Assembly (NCBI GenBank): GCA_001916055.1 | Contig: MNRR01000025.1 | Coordinates: 13,433 to 45,432, forward strand | DNA from: Clostridium sp. 28_12 | GTDB taxonomy: Bacteria; Bacillota; Clostridia; TANB77; CAG-508 | Direction: 5' to 3' | DNA: 32,000 bases | Part shown: positions 9,053 to 17,809 of the stretch, in pieces | Layout: every line of letters begins with the position of its first letter | Position numbering within the stretch: position 1 is the first letter of the stretch | Translations under genes and position numbers: made by a program | Notes under the pieces: generated by a model | What the model saw: the letters and a program-made list of their open reading frames with translations, nothing else | Told to the model about the DNA's origin: nothing | The model's database searches: none

Positions 9053-10831
9053 TTATTGACCTGTTCCAACATGCACTATTCTTTGCATTGCATTATATGT
9101 ATCTCTTGATAATAAGGTAGTTGAAATTACTTTACCATTAAGTTTAGTTACCTTATATGCTTCTACTTTTCTTCCATTGCTTCCAGCTTGAACTACTTTT
9201 TGTTGACCTGCTGGTAAACTTGAATTTTGAACATATTTAGTTGTAGGTTCAATTGTTGCTATTTTTTTAGTTTCAATCGATATATCATATTCAACTTCTT
9301 CTTTTACTCCCCATATTTGAACAGTTGCTACTCCACCTTGTACAGTTGCAGTTATTCTTATTGGATTTTTTCTTGAATTAACAAACTTAAAGTCTTGTGA
9401 CCCCCATACTACTGTTGCATCTTTCCCTGCTGGTACATATGATGTTACAAATTGATGGTTTCTTCTTGTTGTTACATTTAAATTTGCCATTACTACTGCA
9501 TCGTATAATGTAGAAGATATTTGACAGATTCCTCCACCAAGACCATCAACTACAGCTCCATTTGAATATGTAGCCGCCATTTTATATCCTGCACTTATTG
9601 TTCTTTCTCCAACAACTTTATTATAAGAAAATTCTTCATTTGGTAATAATACTGTTCCATTTATTTTATTTACTGCTAATTTTAAATTAGTTGTTCTATT
9701 TGTATTTCCTGCATTATAATTTGTTGAAAATGTAGCTAGTAAATCTGGAAATGCTTCAGTTCCTATATCTTTTACTGTTTTGGTTGGTTTTGTTATTTTT
9801 AAAGGAATTACATATTCTTCTTTTTCTTCTGCAATTATAGTTTTTGCTTCATTTACATCAAAATCTACACCATCTTCTTCCGGATATACTGTAAATGGAT
9901 CTTGTGTATAATATGCATCTTTTACTTCTTTATAAACTTCTTCATGTATTTTATCTATGTTTATTTCATCAGGTGTAGCCTCTACCATAGGTATTTCTAT
10001 TTTTTGTTCATCTTCTGTATTGGCATCTAGTACTTTATAAATTTCTTCTAATAATTTTTCTTCATCTACTTTTTGACCTTTTTTTCCTGCTGTTATCACT
10101 AATTCATTTTTATTTTCTTCTATATAATAACTTGGTTGAACAACCGTATCATCTATACTATTGTTAATATTTTGAGCAATTTGTTCTATCATATCATTAT
10201 CCATTGATACTTCAAGATTTACATTTTTTCCTTCGTTCCATGTTTTTAGTATTTCTATATTATCTTGGAATACATTTCCTTGTCTTCCTATTTCATATGC
10301 TTCTTTTACTGCTTTTTCTATATGATATTTTACCTCTAAAGCTTCATATGTAATTGATGTTTCATAACTTCCATGACTTAAATATATTTTTTTTTCTGCA
10401 TTATTATTTGAATATATTTCCTCAAGTTTTTTCTCTGCTTCTTCTTGTGTTAATTCAGATACATCTGTTTTTCCTATTGAAATTCCTTTTAGTATTTTTG
10501 TGTTTTTTAAATTTACTGCGGCAAATATTGTTGTTGTTAAAGCAATTATTACTACTATTATCGCAATTATTATAAGTATAATTCCTACTTTGCTTTTTCG
10601 TTCTTCTGTTTCTGGCAATTCCAAATTTTCTACTTTTTCTTCTACAATTTCTGTTTCTTCATTTTCTTCTGTCTTCTCTTCTTGTATTGCTGCCACTGTC
10701 TCTTCCTGTTTTTTCACTTTTCTTACTTTTTTTTCTGATACTTCAGACTCTTTTTCTTTTGTACTATCATTTTCTAATTCTTGAATAGCACGGTTTTCTT
10801 GTTCGTTTACATCTTTTTTAATTTTTTCCAT
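9053..10831 (-). CDS. VanW-family protein with N-terminal TM anchor and C-terminal G5 domain
   Basis: 592-aa ORF with SD AAAGGAG 6 nt upstream. Acidic/Lys-rich N-terminus, then TM helix GIILIIIAIIVVIIALTTTIFAAV. VanW-like core FSYNKVVGERT..GGGICQISSTLYDAV..RRNHQF. G5-like tail LPAGQQKVVQAGSNGRKVEAYKV. Confidence 0.8.
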   Translation of the reverse strand: MEKIKKDVNEQENRAIQELENDSTKEKESEVSEKKVRKVKKQEETVAAIQEEKTEENEETEIVEEKVENLELPETEERKSKVGIILIIIAIIVVIIALTTTIFAAVNLKNTKILKGISIGKTDVSELTQEEAEKKLEEIYSNNNAEKKIYLSHGSYETSITYEALEVKYHIEKAVKEAYEIGRQGNVFQDNIEILKTWNEGKNVNLEVSMDNDMIEQIAQNINNSIDDTVVQPSYYIEENKNELVITAGKKGQKVDEEKLLEEIYKVLDANTEDEQKIEIPMVEATPDEINIDKIHEEVYKEVKDAYYTQDPFTVYPEEDGVDFDVNEAKTIIAEEKEEYVIPLKITKPTKTVKDIGTEAFPDLLATFSTNYNAGNTNRTTNLKLAVNKINGTVLLPNEEFSYNKVVGERTISAGYKMAATYSNGAVVDGLGGGICQISSTLYDAVVMANLNVTTRRNHQFVTSYVPAGKDATVVWGSQDFKFVNSRKNPIRITATVQGGVATVQIWGVKEEVEYDISIETKKIATIEPTTKYVQNSSLPAGQQKVVQAGSNGRKVEAYKVTKLNGKVISTTLLSRDTYNAMQRIVHVGTGQ

Positions 10832-10977
10832 ACTTTACTCCTTTTACTTCTTAATCTATATTAACACAAAGTTCAAAATTTGACAATTTATTTAAACCAT
10901 TTTCTTTAATAATTTATATGTTTTTTTTAGAACATTATTCCCTTTCAGAAAAAACTGCATTTTTTTTGAAAAAACAC

Positions 10978-11006
10978 TTGAATATTGTAAAATTTAATAA
11001 TATAAT
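10978..11006 (+). promoter_or_regulatory. Putative promoter for the 11038 gene
   Basis: TTGAAT (10978-10983), 17-nt spacer, TATAAT (11001-11006). Confidence 0.45.
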
Positions 11007-11037
11007 ATACCCAACAAAAGATAAAGGAGTTTAAAAA

Positions 11038-11505
11038 ATGGAGTTGACAAAGAATATATTTTTTAATACAGATAAATTAGTTGAAAATAGTAAAGTTAAA
11101 ATTTCATATACAGGTAAGTTTTTCCAAGATAATTCTGAAAAAGTATTTTTTCATTATGGTTTTGGAGAAAATTGGGACAATGTAAAAGATATTGTAATGG
11201 AAAAAACCGAACTAGGATTTCAAACTGAAATAGAGCTTATCTCAAGTGAAACACTTAATTTTTGTTTCTTTAATGAAAATGGTGAATGGGATAACAATTA
11301 TAATAAAAATTATGTATTCCCTATCGAAAAGAAATCAGTAGAATTAATTGTTTTAGATGATGAACCTGTTTCTTTAGGTCATGCAAGAAAATTAAGAAAA
11401 TCTTATATCTGGAGCAAAAAAATTCGTTTAGCTATTTATAAAATAATTACATACTTGCCAAAAGTAATCTCTGGCAACTACAAGAAAAAAGCTTCAGAAC
11501 AATGA
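11038..11505 (+). CDS. Hypothetical protein with CBM25/CBM53-like carbohydrate-binding pattern
   Basis: 155-aa ORF with SD AAAGGAG. Pattern KISYTG..VFFHYGFGENW..LNFCFFNENGEWDNNYNKNY resembles starch-binding CBM25/53 modules (from memory, not searched). No signal peptide. Confidence 0.45.
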   Translation: MELTKNIFFNTDKLVENSKVKISYTGKFFQDNSEKVFFHYGFGENWDNVKDIVMEKTELGFQTEIELISSETLNFCFFNENGEWDNNYNKNYVFPIEKKSVELIVLDDEPVSLGHARKLRKSYIWSKKIRLAIYKIITYLPKVISGNYKKKASEQ

Positions 11506-11535
11506 TTTAGCTTACCAAAATTATATATTATTTTT

Positions 11536-11565
11536 AAAAAGAGGATTTATAAAAATCCTCTTTTT
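11536..11565. terminator. Bidirectional rho-independent terminator between convergent genes
   Basis: 13-bp perfect stem aaaaagaggattt / aaatcctcttttt with a 4-nt loop. A/T runs on both sides. Confidence 0.7.
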
Positions 11566-11570
11566 AGTTT

Positions 11571-12284
11571 CTATGTAATTATCCAACCACCATTAATCGA
11601 TATAACTTGCCCAGTAGTATATTCATCCTCTATAAGCCACTCTACACATTTTGCAATACTATCTGTTTTTCCAATTCTTTCTAATGGTATTTCATTTTTT
11701 ATCTCTTCCAATTCTTGTTTAGTCAAATTCTTATTCATATCAGTATCAATTATACCAGGAGCAATTGAATTAATTCTTATATTAGATGGTCCTAACTCTT
11801 TTGCCAATGATTTAGTAATTGCATCAATTCCTGCCTTACTAACAGCATATACACATTCACATGAAGCCCCAACAATCCCCCACACAGAAGAGATATTTAT
11901 AATACACCCCTGTTTTCTTGAAATCATATTAGGTAAAGCTTCTTGGATAGCACAAAAGACAGAATATAAATTTGTATTAATAACTTTATTCCAATCCTCA
12001 TCTGTAACATCAATAAACATTTTTTCTTCTGATATTCCGGCATTATTAATCATTACATCTATTTTACCATATTTTTTTAATATATTTTGTATCATTTCAT
12101 GTACTTCTGTCCTATTAGAAACATCAGCTTTATATATTTCAATATTATCATTCTCTTTTTGTAATTTTTCTGCTTCTTTTTCAGATTTATTATAATTCGC
12201 TATAACACTATTTCCTTTTTCAGCCATTTTTCTTGCTATTTCTTTTCCAATCCCTCTTGATGCTCCTGTAACAAGTATTACCAT
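11571..12284 (-). CDS. SDR-family oxidoreductase (FabG-like 3-oxoacyl reductase type)
   Basis: ATG at 12284 preceded by GGAGGG, giving MVILVTGASRGIGKEIA (TGxxxGIG). NNAG, catalytic YAVSKAG and PGIIDT motifs are present. The track's upstream extension MCKRREN has no SD. Confidence 0.8.
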   Translation of the reverse strand: MVILVTGASRGIGKEIARKMAEKGNSVIANYNKSEKEAEKLQKENDNIEIYKADVSNRTEVHEMIQNILKKYGKIDVMINNAGISEEKMFIDVTDEDWNKVINTNLYSVFCAIQEALPNMISRKQGCIINISSVWGIVGASCECVYAVSKAGIDAITKSLAKELGPSNIRINSIAPGIIDTDMNKNLTKQELEEIKNEIPLERIGKTDSIAKCVEWLIEDEYTTGQVISINGGWIIT

Positions 12285-12381
12285 GTTTTCCCTCCTTTTG
12301 CACACGTGAGATCGCTTTTTTTCCGTGCAATGTAAAATAAAAAAGCCAGTAATTAAGCTTTAAGCAAAACTACTGACAATT

Positions 12382-12458
12382 TGGAGCCACTTCTCAGATT
12401 CGAACTGAGGACCCCCGCATTACAAGTGCGGTGCTCTGGCCAACTGAGCTAAAGTGGC
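12382..12458 (-). tRNA. tRNA-Thr (anticodon UGU), CCA encoded
   Basis: Reverse complement gccactttagctcagttggccagagcaccgcacttgtaatgcgggggtcctcagttcgaatctgagaagtggctcca. 7-bp acceptor stem, anticodon loop CTTGTAA, T-loop TTCGAAT. Confidence 0.9.
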
Positions 12459-12462
12459 ATTC

Positions 12463-12537
12463 TGGTGACCCCGACGGGAATCGAACCCATGACTCCGCCG
12501 TGAAAGGGCGGTGTCTTAACCGCTTGACCACGGGGCC
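12463..12537 (-). tRNA. tRNA-Glu (anticodon UUC), CCA encoded
   Basis: Reverse complement ggccccgtggtcaagcggttaagacaccgccctttcacggcggagtcatgggttcgattcccgtcggggtcacca. Anticodon loop CTTTCAC. Confidence 0.9.
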
Positions 12538-12585
12538 ATAATATTTGGAATTCTAATTTTTTTCAAACTAGAATTCCTTTTAATT

Positions 12586-12661
12586 TGGTGAGCTATCCGC
12601 GACTCGAACGCGGGACAACTTGATTAAAAGTCAAGTGCTCTACCACCTGAGCTAATAGCCC
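12586..12661 (-). tRNA. tRNA-Lys (anticodon UUU), CCA encoded
   Basis: Reverse complement gggctattagctcaggtggtagagcacttgacttttaatcaagttgtcccgcgttcgagtcgcggatagctcacca. Anticodon loop CTTTTAA. Confidence 0.9.
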
Positions 12662-12689
12662 GTATGCATGTACTGCACAACGCTTTTAT

Positions 12690-12718
12690 ATAATACACGA
12701 TTTTTTTGCAGTTGTCAA
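12690..12718 (-). promoter_or_regulatory. Putative promoter of the tRNA-Lys/Glu/Thr cluster
   Basis: Minus strand: TTGACA (12718-12713), 17-nt spacer, TATTAT (12695-12690), about 28 nt upstream of the tRNA-Lys 5' end. An A/T tract lies upstream. Confidence 0.55.
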
Positions 12719-12803
12719 TACATTTTTAAAAAATTTTTAAAAAATTTTTATTTTTTTGTTTTTTATTATAAATTCATGTGTTTTTTGTCAGCATTTTTTA
12801 TTT

Positions 12804-12989
12804 TTAAGCATTTAATTTTTCTAAAACTTCTTTAACATCTATACCATGAACATCACAAGCTTCTTCTAAAGTCTCCATTTGAGAAGCAGGGCATCCTAAA
12901 CAATGCATTCCACATTCTATTAAAGTTTCTGCTTTTTCTGGAGCAACTTGTAAAATTTCGCCAATTTTTGTGTCTTTACTAAATTTCAT
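12804..12989 (-). CDS. Small DUF1858-like / hybrid-cluster-protein-associated redox disulfide protein
   Basis: Internal ATG at 12989 with SD AAGGATGG gives the 61-aa MKFSKDTKIGEILQVAPEKAETLIECGMHCLGCPASQMETLEEACDVHGID. The CxxC context is typical of this small family (from memory). Confidence 0.6.
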   Translation of the reverse strand: MKFSKDTKIGEILQVAPEKAETLIECGMHCLGCPASQMETLEEACDVHGIDVKEVLEKLNA

Positions 12990-13077
12990 TTTATAACCAT
13001 CCTTATAAAAATATTTGGATTTTTTAAGGTATATCCATAAACCTGAATTTATTTTATCACAAAATTTCAAAAAAGTA

Positions 13078-13106
13078 TAGACAAAATCAAAAATTTGTTG
13101 TATTAT
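13078..13106 (+). promoter_or_regulatory. Putative promoter of the plus-strand T4SS operon
   Basis: TAGACA (13078-13083), 17-nt spacer, TATTAT (13101-13106). Confidence 0.4.
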
Positions 13107-13139
13107 GTTTACGAAAAAGGCGGTGATTACTTTTTAATT

Positions 13140-13307
13140 ATGACTTTAAGTACTTTAATTAATATATTTTTTATCATTTATATTATTAGTTTGTTTATTA
13201 CTTTATATTCAATTTATACATTTTTTGATATTAAATTGTTTCATAATTTACAAGGTTCCAAATTAAAAATTAAACAAAAAAATGAAAACAGGAGTGATTT
13301 TTATTAA
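13140..13307 (+). CDS. Possible small membrane protein preceding the coupling protein
   Basis: ATG at 13140 within track ORF 13095..13307. MTLSTLINIFFIIYIISLFITLYSIYTFF is one TM helix followed by a basic tail. The SD-like GGCGGTGAT is rather far upstream. The stop overlaps the T4CP 5' end. Confidence 0.25.
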   Translation: MTLSTLINIFFIIYIISLFITLYSIYTFFDIKLFHNLQGSKLKIKQKNENRSDFY

Positions 13308-15003
13308 ACGTTTTATATTTACATGCATATTTGTATTATTACTTTCAATTTGTTCTTATCAATTTTTTTGTCCTATATATTTAGCTGATGAAATTATTGT
13401 TTCTTTTGGATTACATCCATCTGATATTTGTTATGATAACCCTATACTTTGGAAATATTTAAAAACAAGTTTCATATTTTTCTACCTATTCTCTAATGTA
13501 GTCATTTTAAACTCTTTAATTTCAAGATTTAATATTTTCAAAGGTTCTGAAAAACTTTCTAATAATTCAAGAATAAATTTAGAAAATAATTCAAATAGAA
13601 ATAACTCCTCCTTACAATTATTAATCGGTCAAAATATTTCTACAAATCAAAAAACTTACATTCCAGAATCTGGTTTGTATCAAAATTTTTTAATTACAGG
13701 GACAATTGGAACAGGAAAAACAAGTTCTGCTATGTATCCTTTTACGGAACAATTTTTTAAGTATAATTCTCTTAATCCAAACAATAAATTAGGTATTTTA
13801 ATATTAGATGTAAAAGGAAATTATTTCAAACAAGTCAAACAATTTGCTTCAAAATATCATTTAGAAAAAGATATACTAGAAATTGGCTTAGATTCAAAAA
13901 TCCGTTATAATCCATTGCATAAGCCAAATTTAACTCCTATAGTTTTAGCAAATCGTTTAAAAACTATTCTACTACTTTTTTCTGAAAATAATTCTGAATC
14001 ATTCTGGTTAGACAAAGCAGAACAAATTTTGGCAGAATGCATTAAATTGTGTAGATTATATAATAATGGTTATGTTACATTTATTGAACTTCACAAGCTT
14101 GTTATAGAACCAAATTATTATAAATCAAAAATTGAAGTGTTAAAAAAATTATTTTATGAATCAAAATTATCCCACAAACAAATATATGAATTAAACAGCG
14201 CCTTAGAATTTTTTGAAAAAGAATTTAATTCTCTTGACCCTAGAACTTTAGCAATTTTAAGGTCTGAAATTTCTCGAATAACAAATATTTTTGTCTCGGA
14301 TTATAAAATTTCTAAAATTTTTTGTCCAGAAAAAAAAGATTTAAATTTTAAGGGATTTTCTTCTATGATTAAAAATGGAAAAATTGTAGTTCTTAATATG
14401 AATATCGCTGAATATAAAAACCTCTCAAAAATAATTGCAGCATATTTAAAATTAGATTTTCAATCAGAAGTAATGTATAACTTATCACATTCGAAAATAA
14501 AAACTACAGTTTTTATATGTGATGAATATGCAGAATATGTTAATAAAACCGATGCTGACTTTTTTTCTCTTAGTCGTGAGGCAAAATGTATTAATATTGT
14601 TTCAACTCAAAGCTATTCTTCTTTGAAAAACTCTTTAAAAGATGAAAATGCCGTAAAAGTAATTATTCAAAATCTTATTAACAAAATCTGGTTTAGAACT
14701 GATGACATTTTCACAATTGAAGAAGCTCAAAAACAACTAGGAAAAGAAGAAAAAATTCACACATCTAGAGCAATTTCAGAAAATGCCAAAGAAACAAAAT
14801 TCAATTATATTACAAATTCTTTAAATTCTCAAAATTCGAGCATTACAGAAAGTTTTAATACATATACACAAAAAGATTTTATGTATGATACTAACTTTTT
14901 TACACAAGAATTGGAAACATTTTCAGCCCTTACTTTTTTATCTGATGGTTTTCATATAATAAGTCCGAGCAAATTGAAAATGCTTCCATATTTTAAAAAA
15001 TAG
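13282..15003 (+). CDS. Type IV coupling protein (VirD4/TraG-family T4CP)
   Basis: 573 aa with N-terminal TM segments. Walker A ITGTIGTGKTSS; LDVKGNY (VirD4-like DPKGE position); Walker B VFICDEYAEY. The first ATG (13282) has no SD. GGAGTG (13291-13296) sits 6 nt before an in-frame ATT at 13303, so the true start is uncertain. Confidence 0.75.
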   Translation: MKTGVIFIKRFIFTCIFVLLLSICSYQFFCPIYLADEIIVSFGLHPSDICYDNPILWKYLKTSFIFFYLFSNVVILNSLISRFNIFKGSEKLSNNSRINLENNSNRNNSSLQLLIGQNISTNQKTYIPESGLYQNFLITGTIGTGKTSSAMYPFTEQFFKYNSLNPNNKLGILILDVKGNYFKQVKQFASKYHLEKDILEIGLDSKIRYNPLHKPNLTPIVLANRLKTILLLFSENNSESFWLDKAEQILAECIKLCRLYNNGYVTFIELHKLVIEPNYYKSKIEVLKKLFYESKLSHKQIYELNSALEFFEKEFNSLDPRTLAILRSEISRITNIFVSDYKISKIFCPEKKDLNFKGFSSMIKNGKIVVLNMNIAEYKNLSKIIAAYLKLDFQSEVMYNLSHSKIKTTVFICDEYAEYVNKTDADFFSLSREAKCINIVSTQSYSSLKNSLKDENAVKVIIQNLINKIWFRTDDIFTIEEAQKQLGKEEKIHTSRAISENAKETKFNYITNSLNSQNSSITESFNTYTQKDFMYDTNFFTQELETFSALTFLSDGFHIISPSKLKMLPYFKK

Positions 15004-15055
15004 GTTTTATGAATTTCCAAAAAATTCAAATTTTATAAAAGGATGGTTTAAAAAA

Positions 15056-15373
15056 ATGAAAAAAATATTATGTATTGTTGTTTTAGCTACATATCTTATA
15101 CTTGCACTCTCTACCACTGTTTTTGGAGCCACACCAAAACTAGTTAATAAGTTAAATAGCGCTTTCGAAGACATAGAAAGTTGGATTATAAAAATATCTA
15201 CTCCTGCAGCTGCAGTCGCTGTTTGTACTGGGGCACTAATGAGAAAATTTAGCTTTGGTGATGAAGAAAAAATTAGAACAGGAAAAAAATTGATAACAGG
15301 TTCCTTATTTTCTTATGCTTTTATTTTAGCAATAGATTTAATATTATCTGCAATTCAGTCATTAATTGGTTAG
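15056..15373 (+). CDS. VirB2/TrbC-like pilin-type small membrane protein
   Basis: 105 aa with SD AAGGATGG. Signal peptide MKKILCIVVLATYLILALSTTVFGA, then two hydrophobic helices (AAAVAVCTGALM; GSLFSYAFILAIDLILSAI), the classic VirB2 layout. Confidence 0.6.
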   Translation: MKKILCIVVLATYLILALSTTVFGATPKLVNKLNSAFEDIESWIIKISTPAAAVAVCTGALMRKFSFGDEEKIRTGKKLITGSLFSYAFILAIDLILSAIQSLIG

Positions 15374-15381
15374 GTGATTAA

Positions 15382-16257
15382 ATGGAAAATAATTTTAATA
15401 TCACAGCTAACATCATCGAAGCAATTAATACAATTTTAAGCAATCTTTTTTCTTCAATTGATGAAAGTATCTATTCCATTCTTGATGATATAACCTTTGT
15501 TAATTCAGATATAATAAATGATTCATATTTTGAAAAAATCTTAGGAACTTCAACATCTAATGGAATTTTACTAATTGCAAATTCGTTATTATTTGGTGTT
15601 TTATTATATTATTCAATAAAATTATTATTTGCACATTTTACTTACCAACAAGTTGAAAACCCTAAACAATTTATATTTAAACTTATCATTTGGGGAATTT
15701 GCATTAATTCTTCTTATTTTTTTATAGAGCAATTTTTAAATATAATTTCAAATATTTCTTTAGCTATCAGAAGTATTGGCGAGGATTTATTCCATAAAAG
15801 TATTTGTTTTTCTGAATTAATTTCAGAACTAAATTCCAGCTTTAATACAGATTCTTCGCTTGACATTTTCTCCTTAGATGGCATAATAAAAGCTTCTCTT
15901 ACTACATCTTTATTAAATCTTGTATTTACATATTCTTTCAGATATGTAATGTTAAAAATATTTATATTACTTACTCCTTTTGCTATTTTGTCATTAGTTT
16001 TAGAAAGCACTTCTTGGTTCTTCAAGGCTTGGAGCAAAAATCTATTTTCATTGCTATTTATACAAATAATTGTTGCAATTGTATTATTAATACTATTTTC
16101 TATGGATTATTCTTCAAATAATTTATTAACCAAATTTATATATATAGGTGCAATGTATACTTTAATAAAATCAAATTCTTTTGTGCGTGATTTTATAGGT
16201 GGTGTTTCCACAACTTTTACTCAAAATGTGGAAAACATTTTCAAAAAAACACATTAA
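15382..16257 (+). CDS. VirB6/TrbL-like polytopic membrane protein
   Basis: 291 aa with several predicted TM helices (ILLIANSLLFGVLLYY, LIIWGICINSSYFFI, IFILLTPFAILSLVL, LFSLLFIQIIVAIVLLILF). Sits between the VirB2-like and VirB3-like genes. Confidence 0.6.
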   Translation: MENNFNITANIIEAINTILSNLFSSIDESIYSILDDITFVNSDIINDSYFEKILGTSTSNGILLIANSLLFGVLLYYSIKLLFAHFTYQQVENPKQFIFKLIIWGICINSSYFFIEQFLNIISNISLAIRSIGEDLFHKSICFSELISELNSSFNTDSSLDIFSLDGIIKASLTTSLLNLVFTYSFRYVMLKIFILLTPFAILSLVLESTSWFFKAWSKNLFSLLFIQIIVAIVLLILFSMDYSSNNLLTKFIYIGAMYTLIKSNSFVRDFIGGVSTTFTQNVENIFKKTH

Positions 16258-16282
16258 TTATATTTTAGAAAGGAGTTTTTAA

Positions 16283-16567
16283 ATGAAATTTATATTTCCG
16301 CAAAATTATAATTTTAAAAATAAACTTTTAGGAATAATTGATTATTCTACAGCTTTTTTTAATATCTTTTGGTATGTAATTATTTTTATACTATTACATT
16401 TTTTTATTAAAAACTGGAATATTAAAATTTTTATTTTTATATCCTTATGTTTTCCTCTAACTATTTTTAGCATTGTTGGTTTTAATGGTGAACCTATTTT
16501 ATATGTATTTAATTATATTTTAAAATATATTTTTCGTCCTAAATTATATTTATTTAAAAAATATTAA
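16283..16567 (+). CDS. VirB3-like TcpE/PrgI-family membrane protein
   Basis: 94 aa with SD AAAGGAG. N-terminal FPQNYNFKNKLLGIIDYS, then two TM helices: the layout of TcpE/PrgI proteins, which normally directly precede VirB4. Confidence 0.6.
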   Translation: MKFIFPQNYNFKNKLLGIIDYSTAFFNIFWYVIIFILLHFFIKNWNIKIFIFISLCFPLTIFSIVGFNGEPILYVFNYILKYIFRPKLYLFKKY

Positions 16568-16574
16568 AACTTCT

Positions 16575-16627
16575 GAAAATACTACTTACTTAAATTAGTA
16601 AGTAGTGTTTTCGGAAATTTTTTTATT
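16575..16627 (+). terminator. Rho-independent terminator ending the T4SS plus-strand operon
   Basis: 16-bp stem GAAAATACTACTTACT / AGTAAGTAGTGTTTTC (one G-T pair), followed by a TTTTTTT run. Confidence 0.7.
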
Positions 16628-16647
16628 ATTTTTATTTCATTTTTCAC

Positions 16648-16676
16648 TTGATTTTTCTTCTTAAATTATATATAAT
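16648..16676 (+). promoter_or_regulatory. Putative promoter of the DnaD-like/DnaI-like operon
   Basis: TTGATT (16648-16653), 17-nt spacer, TATAAT (16671-16676). Confidence 0.45.
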
Positions 16677-16753
16677 TCTTCTTAGTTTATTATAGGGGGT
16701 TTAGTTTAAAAATGTTTTAAACTATTTATTCCTTAAGGGGGAGGAATGATACA

Positions 16754-17809
16754 ATGAAATTAGAACAACCGGAATTGCCATTATTATTCTCAGAAACTGT
16801 CGTTCCTGACATCTTTTTTGCAGAACACTTATCACAAATGCCTTCAAGTAGTGTTAAAGTTTATTTATATATAATATTTTTATCTAAATATAAAAAAGAT
16901 ATAAAATTAAATGATTTATCAAAAAAATTAGCATTACCTTTAAAAGATATAAATGATTCTATTACATATTTGGAATCAAATGATTTAATTATAAGAAAAA
17001 CAACTGGATATGTAGTAGCAAACCTACAAGAACAAGTTTTAAACAAATTATATAAGCCAAACTTAACAATTTCGGCGGAAAAAGTAGCTGATGTTGCTAA
17101 AAATAAAGAGCGTGCAAAAGTAATTGAGCATATAAATAATGCATATTTCCAAGGTATAATGGGACCATCTTGGTATAACGATATTGATTTGTGGTTTACA
17201 AAGTATAATTTCGATGACCAGGTTATGATTGCTCTTTTTGATTACTGTTTTAAACGTTCTGCCCTTCACAAAAAATATGTGCAAACAGTAGCAGAAGCAT
17301 GGGGAAATAACAAGATTCAAACTTGGAATGACCTGGATTTATATTATCAAAAACAAGAAAAATTAGTAAAAATTAAAAAATCAATTGCAAAAAAACTTGG
17401 AAAACAGTCGCTTACACAATACGAAGAGGCATATATAGAAAAATGGGTTATTGACTTCGGTTATGACTTAAATATTATTGAAATAGCCTTAAAAAGAAGT
17501 GTATTCAAGTCAAACCCAACATTCGAATATTTCAATAATATAATAACAAATTGGCATGATAGAAATCTAAAAACACCAGATGAAATTCTTGCATTTATAG
17601 AGCAAAGAAATAAACAAAATAAAGAAACTAAAAAGTTAGAAAAACAAGTTGCAAAAGCATCTTTTGACCAAAGACAATATGATAACTTAGCATTTTTATA
17701 TGCAAACCAAGGAAATTCTCCAATGGGATTTCCAGATAATTCAAATTATACTGAGTCAAAAATATCTGCATCACTATATTCTAACATAGAAGGAGATATA
17801 AATGTCTAA
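16754..17809 (+). CDS. DnaD-domain replication initiation protein (Bacillus DnaB/DnaD-like, two DnaB_2-type repeats)
   Basis: 351 aa with SD GGGGGAGGAA. Two related segments (..NNAYFQGIMGPSWYNDIDLWFTKYNFDDQVMIALFDYCFK.. and ..YEEAYIEKWVIDFGYDLNIIEIALKRSV..FEYFNNIITNWHD) resemble DnaD/DnaB C-terminal repeats. Confidence 0.7.
   Translation: MKLEQPELPLLFSETVVPDIFFAEHLSQMPSSSVKVYLYIIFLSKYKKDIKLNDLSKKLALPLKDINDSITYLESNDLIIRKTTGYVVANLQEQVLNKLYKPNLTISAEKVADVAKNKERAKVIEHINNAYFQGIMGPSWYNDIDLWFTKYNFDDQVMIALFDYCFKRSALHKKYVQTVAEAWGNNKIQTWNDLDLYYQKQEKLVKIKKSIAKKLGKQSLTQYEEAYIEKWVIDFGYDLNIIEIALKRSVFKSNPTFEYFNNIITNWHDRNLKTPDEILAFIEQRNKQNKETKKLEKQVAKASFDQRQYDNLAFLYANQGNSPMGFPDNSNYTESKISASLYSNIEGDINV

Noticed and set aside
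12547-12577. Perfect 9-bp hairpin ggaattcta/tagaattcc between tRNA-Lys and tRNA-Glu.
   Set aside because: On the tRNA (minus) strand it has no U-tract. It resembles a terminator only on the plus strand, where there is no upstream gene to terminate. It is probably a processing or insulating structure and is not called as a feature.
12739-12758. An identical 20-mer, aaaaaatttttatttttttg, upstream of the tRNA promoter and again at 25179-25198 upstream of the VirB4 promoter. It was considered as an att or direct-repeat boundary.
   Set aside because: It is pure low-complexity A/T tract in a very AT-rich genome. Both copies sit where UP-element-like tracts are expected. This is not convincing evidence of a recombination site without flanking similarity.
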